The position numbers were made by a program, and so were the translations under genes. Shown piece by piece: positions 26,895-38,734 of a stretch of 64,000 nt of DNA. Below the pieces are notes generated by a model, which did no database searches, was not told where the DNA came from, and worked only from the letters and a program-made list of their open reading frames with translations. Source of the DNA: Antechinus flavipes. Lineage: Eukaryota. Numbering within the stretch: the stretch's first letter is position 1; every line of letters begins with the position of its first letter. The DNA lies in contig NC_067400.1 of assembly GCF_016432865.1 (NCBI RefSeq), positions 77,314,001-77,378,000 of the forward strand. Direction: 5' to 3'.

Positions 26895-27111
26895 TTTACC
26901 TTACTTTCAATAGGTCTTGATGCACTTTGGGGGTAGAAAGGATGGCATTGTCCAAAATAACTCTCAAAATGTTGAGAACCATTTGATAACTGTTGATGGG
27001 ATGTTTACCTTACTTTCAATAGATCTTGATGCACTTTGAGGGTAGAAAGGATGGCATTGTCCAAAATAACTCTCAAAATGTTGAGAACCATTTGATAACT
27101 GTTGATGGGAT
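26895..27111. repeat. Tandem duplication of a 108-bp unique segment
   Basis: 26895-27002 and 27004-27111 are identical except for two G/A differences. Period 109 bp. Confidence 0.95.
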
Positions 27112-27185
27112 TAGCCCACTGTTCCTTACTTCCTCCAAAGCAAACTTCCTTTGATTCCATAATGTAACATTCATATACAGTTATT

Positions 27186-27348
27186 TTTTTGTTTGTTTGT
27201 TTGTTTGTTTTTGTGGAGGCAATTGGGATTAAATGACTTGCCCAGAGTCACGAAGCTAGGAAGTATTAAGTGTCTGAGGCCAAATTTAAAGTTGAGTCCT
27301 CCTGACTTCAGGGCTGGTGCCCTATTCACTGTACCAACTAGTTGTCCC
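27186..27348 (-). mobile_element. WSINE1-type marsupial SINE with (GTTT)n tail
   Basis: Reverse complement of a tRNA-derived head ending at 27348. Decayed TSD tacagttatt / tacaattgtt (8/10). Confidence 0.85.
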
Positions 27349-27349
27349 T

Positions 27350-27595
27350 ACAATTGTTGTTCAGTCATTTCAGTTCTCTCTGATTTTTTGTGACTGTATT
27401 TTTTTGGGGGGGGATATCTTTACAAAAATGTTGGAGTGATTTTCTATTTTCTTCTACAGCTCATTTTACAGATGAGGAAACTGAGGCAAAAAGGTAAAGT
27501 AACTTGCCAGAGTCATACAGATAGGAAGTGTCTGAAGCCAGAGTTGAGTCTTCCTGACTTTAGGCCCAGCACTCTATCCACTGGACCATCCAGTT
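27350..27595 (-). mobile_element. MAR1-type CORE-SINE
   Basis: ttgttgttcagtcatttcag tail, CORE domain, and head reverse complement ending near 27593. Confidence 0.8.
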
Positions 27596-27709
27596 TTCAG
27601 CATCTATACATCCTTTGACTAATTTATAACAACTAATTAATAAATGTTTATTAATCACCTATAATATATTAGGCACTGTGCTAGACACTGGAGATCTTGT
27701 TTTCTTACT

Positions 27710-27890
27710 TTCTTATTCTCTTTGCTTCCTTTTTCTTCCCTTCCCTCTTCCCTTTCCTTTCTATTTTCCTCTCAGCTCCCCCTTTCCTTCTTTCTTTTCT
27801 TTCTTCTCCTTTTTTCCTTTCTTCCCTTCTTTTTCTCCCCTCTTCCTCTCTCCCCCTCCCTCACCCTTTCCTCTTTCTTTTTCCTTTGTA
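27710..27890. repeat. Polypyrimidine low-complexity tract
   Basis: Direct reading. Confidence 0.95.
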
Positions 27891-27989
27891 ATACTTACCA
27901 CATCCTTGGATAATGGAAAGATATTTGATATGTTTAAAAATATTAACTTTTAAAAGACCAAAAAAATCTCATTTCTGCTCCTTTGCACA

Positions 27990-28190
27990 ATATAGCATAG
28001 CAGATAAAGCAGAAAGATGCCATGTCATGTCATCTCTGACACATACTGCTGACTGGGGAACTCCAGAGAAGTCATATAACCTCTCTGTGCCCCAGAAACT
28101 TTTCAAGATTTTAAATTGCAGAGAAGGAGCTGGCCAGAAAATTGGTAAAGGGAATTACTGGGAGCTCCCTAAGATGATGAAATCATAAAG
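27990..28190 (+). mobile_element. Mar3-type SINE
   Basis: aagattttaaattgcagagaaggagctgg...ggtaaagggaattactgggagctccctaagatgatgaaatca. Confidence 0.6.
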
Positions 28191-29149
28191 AAAAAAAATG
28201 ATCCTTTGTTAGTAATTGCCATGTGAAATTCTGAAATTGTGAATTCGCAGGAACTTTCTTTTTAACTAAGCTGGAAGGGACCTTAGAGATCTTCTGGCCC
28301 AGTTCCCCTATTTAGAAAAGGTGGAAACTGAGAGTTAGGCAGATAGAGCTAGCTTTGCCCAAAGTTGCAAAGCTAGTTCCCAGAATTCCCAAGCTAGTGT
28401 TTTTTTTTTCTTCTAGTAATAGATTCTGTCAATAATTTAAATCGATCCCCACTTACTGGAAGCATTTTAGGTGCTCAACCTGATGCCTGGTACACAGTAG
28501 GTGCTTATTAATGTTTATAGATTTATTTTTGCTATGTGATTCTGTGGTAGTGTTGGCTATTTTGGATAGGGAAGAGACAAGATAGTTACTTTAGCAGAAG
28601 CTTACAAGTCATGGCGTTGCCTTCCTGATGTCTTAGTTCTCTTCAAGAATGAAGGACAAACAACAACAGCAGCAGCAGCTGAGGCTAGCAGTCCAGTACT
28701 GAGTATATGTCTGTTTGGGCTCACTTAAATGGGCTTTTGTGGGTGCATGTGAAAGTGATAATTCTAAGCTACACAAATCAGTTCTGTTCCATAAAGGAGC
28801 ATAATCACTGGTGACTCACTGGCTACTTTTTGGTGTCTTGAGCCCAGTTGATCCTATAGACATCCCCTGACTCTGTGCCCCCTTTCTATCTTTTTATCTT
28901 GGACATCTCACCAAGAACATAGATAGGAATCACAGTTTTCAAAGCCTTACCGAGAACATCACTACCCATTAAATTGCCTCTGCCCTGAAAGGTCTCTTGG
29001 GACTGGAACGTGTTATTCCTGGGAAATCTAATTTTTGTGTGTATGTACAAGTATGTTTTTAGTGAGGATGAAATTGTATGTGTAATTTTTGGGGGGAGCA
29101 TGGGAGTGGGGAAGGAGGGAAGTTAGGAGGAGGTGGAGAATGTGTACTT

Positions 29150-29308
29150 AATTAACCCAACCAAAAAGGGAATAACAATATCTTGGGAGGGAGTGAATGA
29201 AACTGGCTTATTTAAAAAATACCAACAGCCTGAGTCAGCCCCTACTAGAGATTTGGAAGAGGAAAGGGGAGGTGATGTAATGTGTTCGGCATGTTCCCCC
29301 TTGTCTAA
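29150..29308 (+). promoter_or_regulatory. KLF7: Putative internal promoter / alternative first exon of KLF7
   Basis: Repeat-free purine-rich stretch with TATTTAAA (29209-29216), TGAGTCAGC AP-1/NF-E2-like site (29231-29239), TGATGTAAT C/EBP-ATF-like site and ATGTTCCCCCTTGTCTAA|GT (29291-29310). It lies about 9.8 kb upstream of exon 2. Identification rests partly on the recalled human isoform N-terminus MFPSWP. Confidence 0.45.
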
Positions 29309-31519
29309 GTAGTTAAGTGCAAAGGGATTTGGGGAGTTGGGTTGAGGGGAGCTCTGTGTGTATGTGTGTGAAGAAAAGAGTCTCAGCTTCTTGAAAAGTT
29401 AGCAGCAGGCAGGGATGGGGGGAAAGGGGTAAGAGTAGTCAGAAGAGTATTAATAACCCCTTGTCAGCTTTCACCATTTTTAATGGTTTTTTTTTTTTTT
29501 TGTTGTTGTTGTTGTTATTGTTTGTTTTTAACATAGTTGATTTGAATGGAGATTTTAAAGGCCATTAATGTTTGTTTATTTCCTTTGGCAAGGCATAGTG
29601 GGGGATGGGAGGAGATTGGTGAGGAGTGTGCCCATGTGTTTTATTTTTGTTGTCAAATACAGATTTCCATTTTGGGAGAGGGTGGTGGGCTTTGCTGGTT
29701 GGAAAATTCAACTAGGGCTGCCTTCCCCACCCCCACCTCCAAGAGGCAGGAGGCAAGATGTGGCCAGCTGGTGTCTTGAACTGACACAGGTGCAGAGGCT
29801 GTGGGGGGTGGGGAACCAAGAATAATTACAGGTTTCTGAAGCATCAGGCCTCGCCTGACAAGGGCTCATCGAGAAAACTGCTCTTTATGGAAAATTAATG
29901 GGGAAGCTGGGGAAAAAGAAAAAAAAAACTACTACATACAAAAAATTGGTCAGAGCCATTGTTGTTCTTGGGTAGTCTTCCTTCCTTAAAGTAATCGGCT
30001 CTTCAGAAGTCTTTAGGCCAGAGTGAAGAGAAAAGATAGAGTCCTCTCTTTCTGGAGCCGGAACCAATTGGCTCTGTCACTAGGCTGAATGGGTTCATCC
30101 TCTGGCACTTTCTCTACCTTCCACATTTTGTCTGCCTTCTTTCTGTCTCTCTCCAGTCCAGATCTAGGATTAAGTTTATTTTCTCACTGTCACTCTCCCT
30201 TCCCTCCTCTCCTTCCCCCTCTTCTTCTTAGGATGAATTCTTGCATTAAAATAAAATATTTATTCTGTATTTGCCTCATCAAATATAAAGGAAAGTTAAA
30301 AGATGGAGAGAATTGTCAGACCCCTTCTTTGTCTGGATGGTAACCAATGGGTCTACGCTCCAGTGGTCCTAAATTTCATACTAAGTAGAGAATGGGGTTG
30401 GTTCTGGATTAGGATATTATCCAATCTTTTTTCTGTTTATACAATTCTGAAATAGTATAATCTACAATCATATATACCAGTGCTAGTTTGAATTCTGGAA
30501 TTAGTTAAACTATCCAGCACCTGGAATCTTTTTTTTTCTCTTTTTTTCCCTCCTAATCCTAAATAACAGTGAGGGACTATTGCTCTTTGTGATTTGTAGA
30601 CTGGTAGGAATGGGAAGAATTTGAGAACCCTTTCTTGTTCATCACCTAAAAAACCACAGCCAAAAGAATAGTGAACCAGATGAGGGAATAGTTGTGTAAG
30701 ACAATGGGCTATATTCTTTTTTCCCAAATAGACTTTTTCCTATTATACACATTGATGAATCTGTGGATTTATTGATGTGAATTCACCCCTCCTCATATTT
30801 CTGTTTACTAAGATTCTGTGATCCCTCTATGGATCTAGTCTTACTGACATGGGATTCATTGTACCAATAAAGTTAAAACATATGCACTTTTCTTCCTAGG
30901 AAATGTCTTATTCATTTTTTCCCCTAAATCCTGCAAAGAACATCTAGTCAATGTGCCAGTTCTTTTAATGTATATTTCTGAAATGCAGAGAAGCAAGAAG
31001 CAGATTGGAGTAGTGACTGTTGAGAGGTTAGGCATAAATCCTATTTCAGGATCTCATGCTGGGCACATATTAATTGCTCTGTTCCTCAGTTGCCTTATCT
31101 GTAAAGTGATGGGGGTGGGGGTTGATCCGTAGCTTTCTAAGTTTTTTTCCAGCTCCAAATCTGTGATCCCACAAAAGGGCCACATGGGTTAATTTCAAAA
31201 TGACTTTAGGGAATAGAGAAAGAAACTGTCTACCCCTTCAAATACCAATTCAGACTTGATCTAAACCTTTAAAACTGCTGCTTCCTGTTTTGGGCAGGAC
31301 TCTATGCCATACAAGGAGGCTCTTTGCTCCATAGTGGCAGCTAAAGACATATTGTCAGGTTGTAGTCCTAGCTGGATGTTTGAGGTATGACCTTGGTCAG
31401 TATTCTCTTTCTAGAACCTAAGCTTCACATGTCTAAAAGTAAAAGGATTAAATTAGATGAGCTCCAGGCTTTAAGATACTATGAAATGTTGGAAGATGAA
31501 ATGGGATGGTTATTTAAAA

Positions 31520-31690
31520 CTTGATTTGTTGATTGTACATGTATAATCTATATCAAATTGCTTGCAGTTTGGGGGAGATAAAGGAGGGAGAGAGAAAAAA
31601 TTGGACTTCAAAATCTTTTAAAAAATTAAGGTTGAAAACTATCTTTACATGTAAATGGAAAAATAAAATACTATTGAAATAAAAAAGAAA
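31520..31690 (+). mobile_element. Marsupial LINE-1 3' end
   Basis: ggagggagagagaaaaaattgg...gttgaaaactatctttacatgtaaatggaaaaataaaatactatt followed by an A-rich tail, typical of marsupial L1 3' termini. Confidence 0.75.
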
Positions 31691-32339
31691 CTGATTTGTA
31701 CCAGGATAGAAAAATATTTTCAATAAACTGTTTCCTTTTTTACCCTTACTCTCCCCTTCTCCCAACCCAAGAAAAGGGAACAAAACCCACAGGAACAATT
31801 TTGAAAACAGTTCTGGGAAAAGAAAACTCTGGAACAGCTTTGATAGATTTCAGCATTTTCATGTTTACATTGGACTAAATTAATGTTCACAACATTGTTT
31901 CTCAGATTTTGCAAATCACTAAAGGGAAAATGTAAATTCAATTTCAGTTCAAGCAACTAGTTGATGTGAGAAGCTATCTGAAGAAATGCAGTCTTACATT
32001 GGTTACAATACTGTGGTTATTCTGTGGAGTTCAGCAATTCTGACAGTAATGTGTAATGCTATTGTACCTCTGGGGTGTACTATAGATGGCTTTGTGTGTT
32101 TCCTCCCACCTGATTGCTTAAAAAATGCAGTAAGAAGAACACCTCACTAAGATATTACTTACTTATCCATGTTTCCTAAAGGAATTTCATTTGCTTCTGA
32201 CCTTCCACTCAAATACCTTCTAGTAATGAAAGTCAAAAGAAAAGTTGCTTAGCTATTGGTTTTTAAAACATCTCAGAAAATGATTCCTAACTTTCGAATA
32301 GCTTATTATAACTAATTTATACCCACAATATGTGGATAT

Positions 32340-32530
32340 ATGATACATATGGATCTCTCTCTCTCTCTGAATATATATGTATATATACTTGATTGTATGT
32401 GTATATATGTGTGTGTATGAAAAATATAAACACAAATAATATATGGATATATAGTATACATGGGAATATATGTATTTGTATACATATACACACATACAAG
32501 TATATACACACAATATATATGCATATATAA
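32340..32530. repeat. Degenerate (TA/TG/CA)n tract (similar tracts at about 20330-20440 and 20630-20820)
   Basis: Direct reading. Confidence 0.9.
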
Positions 32531-34224
32531 GATGAGGTAGGCCAGTATTAAGACCACTTGTCCCCTAATCCCATTTTAAAATTCTTGGCCTGAGACAAAT
32601 GGTTAGATGACATTTTCCCTCAATTAAATATCTAATTTTAAACATCTCTGGGATTCAGGTCTAGGTATCTAAATTACTCTATAGTTCTGTGACAGAAGAC
32701 CATGGTATCTATGGGTAAGGGTCATTTAGACATATTTAAAAATTTTCCCTTTGGAGGAAAATGGTAGCAGACTTCAAAAAGTATTGACTGTTCTTCCCAC
32801 CTCAACTCCAATTCTGGTAACTACAAATACCCGAGTACAAAGGAAGGGAGGTGTGTAAAGTAGGCTTCTAAGATCTCATCAATTTAGATTTCTTAAGGAA
32901 TTCAAAGAGGATCTAAAAGGCAAAAACCAGATGGATTGTAATAAGTATGTCAAGTAAGGGACATATTGGTAAATGCAATGATTCCATGAAGTTGAAAGGA
33001 AAATAATTATATATTTATTTTCATTAACCTCGTCATTAATTTAGCATTTCAGTTATTCAAGAAGAGGGGTTCATGACAAAAAAAAAAAAAAAAAAGGTCA
33101 ACCCATGGTTTAAAATAAGCAGACAGAAAAATTGGCAAATAAGAGCTAGAGCAACCAAAAAAAGTATGCCTGAGATTTTGGTAAATAGCAACCCCAAAGT
33201 TCTGGAGGGCCGACATTTGGTTCTTCATGTTAATTTTAACTTTCCATTTTAGGATGCCCTTGAGGATCTCAAAGCACAAAAAAGTAAATTATTCATGATA
33301 ACAACCCCAGGAGAAAGGGTATGGGCAAACCAGGGATTAGTCCCTCTGTTTCTGTATTTCAGACTCACTTGGGGTTGTGGCACCATGGTTAACCACTCAG
33401 GGCAGAACTGTTAGTAATAAAGGACAGAAAAGGGCATCCCTTGGGAGATCAAATCTTCAGGTGCTGTTTACTCAGGCAAAGTGCAATTATCTGGGCTAAC
33501 ATTCAGCCTAGGAACCACAGCTCATGCCTTATTCATCTTTGCTGAATGTGTTTTTAAGTCAATCATGTTCCAGATTTGAGAAGAGGGACAGGATATCTAA
33601 GTAACCAAGAATCACTAAGAGACCATATCCTCAGTCCCCTTATATTCCATACCCTTCCATTTCCCTAGAACTGCCCCCAAATGATACCTTTGCAGTCCTA
33701 GGGTTTGGGATCATACTTATTTACCTAGTAATATGTGGAAGGGGAAATACCTGGGGGAACTCCACCAAAAAGCTGCTAGATAACTGCTGATTGATTACAA
33801 ATTGCAGACACTGGTTAGATGGATCTATTGCTATATTAACTTAGGATTACTTCAGTGAAATTCAATAGTAAGATTCAATTCTTTTGATTTTTATTTATGA
33901 GCATCCCACTTGGGCATATTTCAGATAAGGCACTTCCTTAGTTCAACAGAATAGAAATTGTTCAACTAGTGATTGAATGACTGTTGATTTAATGGGTAGT
34001 TCTAATGAACTTGATTCAACATTGGAACAATAGCTTTGAATCCACCTTGTGTGTCTCTATTGAAAAGCACAGAGGTAAATATACCATATTTCTTAGTGTG
34101 GACACAGTCAGGTTGCAGGCTATTTTTACATCAAATAGGATCTTGAATAGTTTGAAAATTTCTGTGTTTCAAGTACTACACTAACCAAATGAGGAGAGCC
34201 AGGAAAGTTAGAAACAGGGATAAG

Positions 34225-34420
34225 TTATAAATGTTTAACAACCAGCTCTGCAGAAAAAAAAAATGTATGCAACATACACTTTTAATCTTCATTATTAACA
34301 TTTTATCTATCATTTTCTGAAGTCTAAAGAATCAACAAAATATTAAATCAATCCTCAGTGTGTGGCACTCTCCAATTTCTGAAGTATAAATATATACTCA
34401 CGCTGAAAATTTGTACAATC
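34225..34420 (+). mobile_element. Old hAT (Blackjack/MER63-like) DNA transposon fragment, copy 2
   Basis: taaatgtttaacaaccagctct...cttcattattaacatttt...gaatcaacaaaatattaaatc...ctcacgctgaaaatttgtacaatc; same family as 16995-17260. Confidence 0.65.
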
Positions 34421-34879
34421 ATCTCTGTTTATTGACTTTCACACATGCCTAGTTTGAGGTAACATAGGGTGATTTAGTTATTTTCCATTACAAAAAGCTT
34501 AGCTTTGCTTCTTAGCTTTGTGATGTCAATATTTAATTTGAGGCAATATCACATTTATGTTTCATTTAACATAGGGGATTTCTTTCCCTTACATAGGGAA
34601 GAGTTCTTAAGCTCCCTCTCTTTTCAGTGCCCTCCCATACTTCTTGGAACTCTAGGGATTGCTAAGCTAATTCTTCCTTATCCTACTTCCAATACATTTT
34701 AGAACTCATCTTGTTCTTGTCTAAGATATCTATCTGTTCTTTGTTTGACTAGAATTGCAAATGATTTTTTAAAAAAAACCTGTTAATTTGCCATTTAAAT
34801 TCTAACTCACTCCAAAATCTATTTCCTTTGAAACGAGTCTTCTTCTTCTTTTTTTTTTTTTTAAAAAAACCTTCTTGTC

Positions 34880-35520
34880 CCTTACCCCCAGCATCTAATC
34901 ATTTGTCAGTTACTATGAAGTATATTTCCAAGATCAACTCTTCTTCCCCATTCTTTCTGTTAATGGCACCATCATTCAAGTAGCTACCTATACTTAAAAC
35001 CTATTTCCTTTGAAACCCATGTCATTTTCCCCCTTTTTGTCCCTCACCCATAGTATACAATTGGTTGTCAAGTACTATCAAGTTTACTTCCAAAATAAGA
35101 GTCAAGTACATTTCTTCCTTTCCATTTCCACTGCCTTCACCTTATTTTAGGCTCTCATTTTAACTTCTAAACAATTTTTGCCTTCAGTTTCTTTTCCCTT
35201 TATGCTTCCTTTAGATTAATCATAAATCAAATTGTGTCATTCCAGTGATTCCCAAGACATTAATAACTCCTTATTTCCTGATACATAAATTTGAAATTCT
35301 TTAACCAGGCATTGAAGAACTTCCAACCTACCTTTGTGTCTTCACCTTTATTTTAGATACTCATTACTTCACCTTTTATTTACCATTCCCTATGCTTAGA
35401 ATACTTCCTCCCCTCCCTTCTATACATCTTTAAATGCTACTCATCCTTCAAGATCTAGATCATGAAGTACTTCCTCCATGAAATCTTTTGCAAATATTTG
35501 TTCAGTCAACATTGATTGAA
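34880..35520 (+). mobile_element. L2 LINE remnant
   Basis: aatggcaccatcattc, ccatttccactgcc and tactcatccttcaagatc are typical decayed L2 3'-region motifs. Confidence 0.6.
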
Positions 35521-37453
35521 TATCTGATCTAGAACAATTTTTAAAAATCTACGGACAACTTTTAAAGAGATTATAATCTTGAGGTACTAAATATCACAAA
35601 TGTTTAATGTTGATTTTGAAAATGTGTTTTTGGAAATATCAGTGCATTGTATTGTCACCCATGACCTTTGGAAGGCTTTCTGAGAGAAGTTAGTTTCAAC
35701 TTGTATTATGAATGAAGGGAGGATTAACTGATTTCCAACAGACTATTTTTCGGGTAGATTGGTATGAGAATAAGGAAAGAGAAATGAAGAAGTAAAAGAA
35801 AACATAGAAAATGAAAGGAAACTTGAAGGATAACAATAAAGATGTTTAGAGGATTTGGTGAAGAAAATTTAAATATAAAATAAATATAATTTATAGTGAA
35901 ATAGATACAGATTTAAATTGAAGCTTTTTGGTGTTTATAGTACACAAACTTGAATGGTGGGAGAGGGTGGCAATTGTTTTGTTTTGCTTTGTTTCATTTT
36001 AGTCCCCTTTTCAAAGAGAGAAGTTACTTCTTGCTTGGAATAGGAAAGCTGAGGAAATCTGCTTTTTTGATTTAAGCTGGGGATGGAAGGGATGAGCTGT
36101 ATAATTCCCAACAGGGCCCTTGCACTTACAGAAATGTAGGTTCACATCAGCAATGCTCATACTGTTGAGGTCATTAGGGAATATTGGGCTTGATCCAATC
36201 AGCATATGGTCCTCAATAGCAAGTAACTTAGAGGCTCTTTGATGTGCATAGTCTTGGTATGATTAAGATGGTAGGGGACAAAGGAGTCACCCATTATGTT
36301 TTAGATTAAGATGACCAGACCAATCAAAAAAAGGTTTTTGTAATAGAACAGTAGTATTAGGTATGTGACTAAAAAATAACCAGGACGATTTTGGCAGTGT
36401 GCATAGGTAGAATTTTCTGGTATAATATTCCAGACAGAACGAGGAGGCAAAGTTAAAGAAGATAGTTCCTAGAAACCAAGAGGGTATTTAACTTTCACTG
36501 GTGGTGACTCATTGAGGTAGATAGATACCTTTAAGGATCAGATTAAAAACAACAATCCCAAAGCAGAATAAATGCTGCTTTGTCACCAGGAAAATCTCTG
36601 TTCAGTTCTCACTGCTTAAACTTGTCCCCTGTACATTTGTAAAGTTTTGGATACCAAACCCTTTAAAGAGAAGGATGAGTGATCTCTTTTTTTCCTTCTC
36701 CCTAAACTTCTTCTCCTTTCCAAGTGCCTCAAGGTGATATTATTAATACCAGTGTTAATAGTCATATTGAAAGAGTGCTGTGCACTCTGCTGGTGTTGTA
36801 TGAATATTGGAATCACTTATTTATGCATAATCTCTTTTTTTAAGTAACAGTAATGCCCAAAGGCACCTCAAAGCTCAAATCTGGTCTCTTTATCTAATAA
36901 TGCAGAATTCTACCAGAAGGCTGATTTCCCCCTTTTGTTCTGTCTTTGTAAATGCCACAAAAATAGAGACATATTTAACTTGTTGACAGGTACATTACAG
37001 ATTAGATAAATGATTGAGAATAAAAGCCTAAAGACAGAACATCTGATTAAAAAAAAAAAAAAAAGGTTTGAAAACAGTAATATGGAAATACAGTGGTAGT
37101 CTCCTTCCCTCTCCCCCCAATTTTTTTTATTATAAATATCTGACTGTGATTGTTCTACATTTGGTCAAGTGTGAGCAGATTGACATGAAGGCTCTGAATT
37201 ATTGCTGACAGTTAAAGGGCTGGAAGAGACCTTAGAAGTTGTATAGTTCAACCTTCTCATTTTACAGATGAAGAAACTGAGTGCCAGGGAGGTTGTGATT
37301 TGCCCAGGACCATACAGATAGGAAGCTATAAAACTCATATTTGAACTTAGGACCAATTGATTCCAAATCTAGAACTTTTTCTATTTGGAACATTTTCATT
37401 TTCTTTCTAGGGTAAAAACTCCTTTCATCTCTGATAACTGATAGCCTACAATT

Positions 37454-37640
37454 TAGGGGTCTGCAAACTTTTTAAATAGGGGACCAGTTCAGTGTCCCTC
37501 AGACTGTTGGAGGGCCGGACTATAGTAAAAACAAAAACTTTGTTTTGTGGGCCTTTAAATAAAGAAACTTCATAGCCCTGAGTGAGGGGGATAAACATCC
37601 TCAGCTGTAGCATCTGGCCCACATAGTTTGAGGACCCCTG
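37454..37640. mobile_element. Non-autonomous hAT MITE, OC1/OposCharlie1 type
   Basis: Terminal inverted repeats tAGGGGTCtgCAAACT (37454) and AGTTTGAGGACCCCTG (37625-37640). Subterminal sequence resembles recalled OC1 ends. No clean 8-bp TSD. Confidence 0.8.
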
Positions 37641-38589
37641 GATTACTCGGAGCATTTTGCCCATATCATATAGCTAATATGTGTCAGAAGCAAGATTTGC
37701 ACCTAGGTATTCCTCACTAGAAGAGCTAGCCCTCTGTTCACTATCCTAATGCCTCTCCATTGACTTCCCCTCAGTCCTTAAAAACAATAACAATTAAGAA
37801 GGGTTTTTATGACACTTATTTGGTCAAACATGCCTTAGAAGACAATTTCATGCTGTTCCAAAGATTTGTGCTTAATAATGGCTCAAGAATTTCAGATGTG
37901 ATGAAACATTTTGGATTTTTTCTTTTCTATACTATTGAGTCATGTAAGAAATGGAGCTTTGGATTTTATTGAGATACATCTTTACCAGATGACTTAACTG
38001 TATATGAAGCTACTTTATAATGTGGTCAGGGACTCTAAACAATTGTAACAGGATTGTTATATATATAATAAGGTTGTTGCAAAGCATGTTGCAATTATTT
38101 TTGGAAACAATACCTCCAGAAGTAGAAGTGCTCTCCTTATCTTACTATCTGCAAGAGGTACTTATAAAAATGATTTGGTTCTTGTTTACCAGAGATACTA
38201 TGTTTCAGTTGGAGAATATTGGTAGAAATATGATAATGTTTGGGAGAGAGCAGAGAAATTTGATTTTTATTTTACTTATTATTGCCTGCTTAATAGTTAC
38301 TTTAAAGGAGAATATTAGACAAGAGGAAGGCTTACTCTTACTAGGATGGGTTTATAATTTGATTTCCCTACTTCTTGTTCACATGGGAATCACCTCTAAC
38401 AACTGGTTTAAACTTGAGCAGTTATTTCATCTGTAAAATGGGCTAGGTGGAACTAGATTATCTCTAAGGTCTCTGAATTCCAAGCATTCTATACAGTACT
38501 ATAGATATGTAAAATCGTTAGCTGTGAAATGAAGTTTTTAGATTAACTGATCTCTGATCTTCTAGCTTCAAAGTGATGTTTTGGTGATT

Positions 38590-38734
38590 TTTTCCCCCCT
38601 GAAGCAATTGGGGTTAAGTAACTTACCCAGGGTCACACAGCTAGGAAGAGTTAAGTGTCTGAGGTCAGATTTGAACTCAGGTCCTCCTGACTTCAGGGCT
38701 GATACTCTATCCACTGCACCACCTAGCTGCCCCC
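38590..38734 (-). mobile_element. WSINE1-type marsupial SINE
   Basis: Full short SINE with decayed 13-bp TSD tgttttggtgatt (38577-38589) / tggtttggggatt (38735-38747). Confidence 0.9.

Noticed and set aside
38020-38436. 138-aa hydrophobic ORF
   Set aside because: AT-rich sequence with no domain similarity I recognise, and it runs into a MIR. Consistent with a chance ORF.
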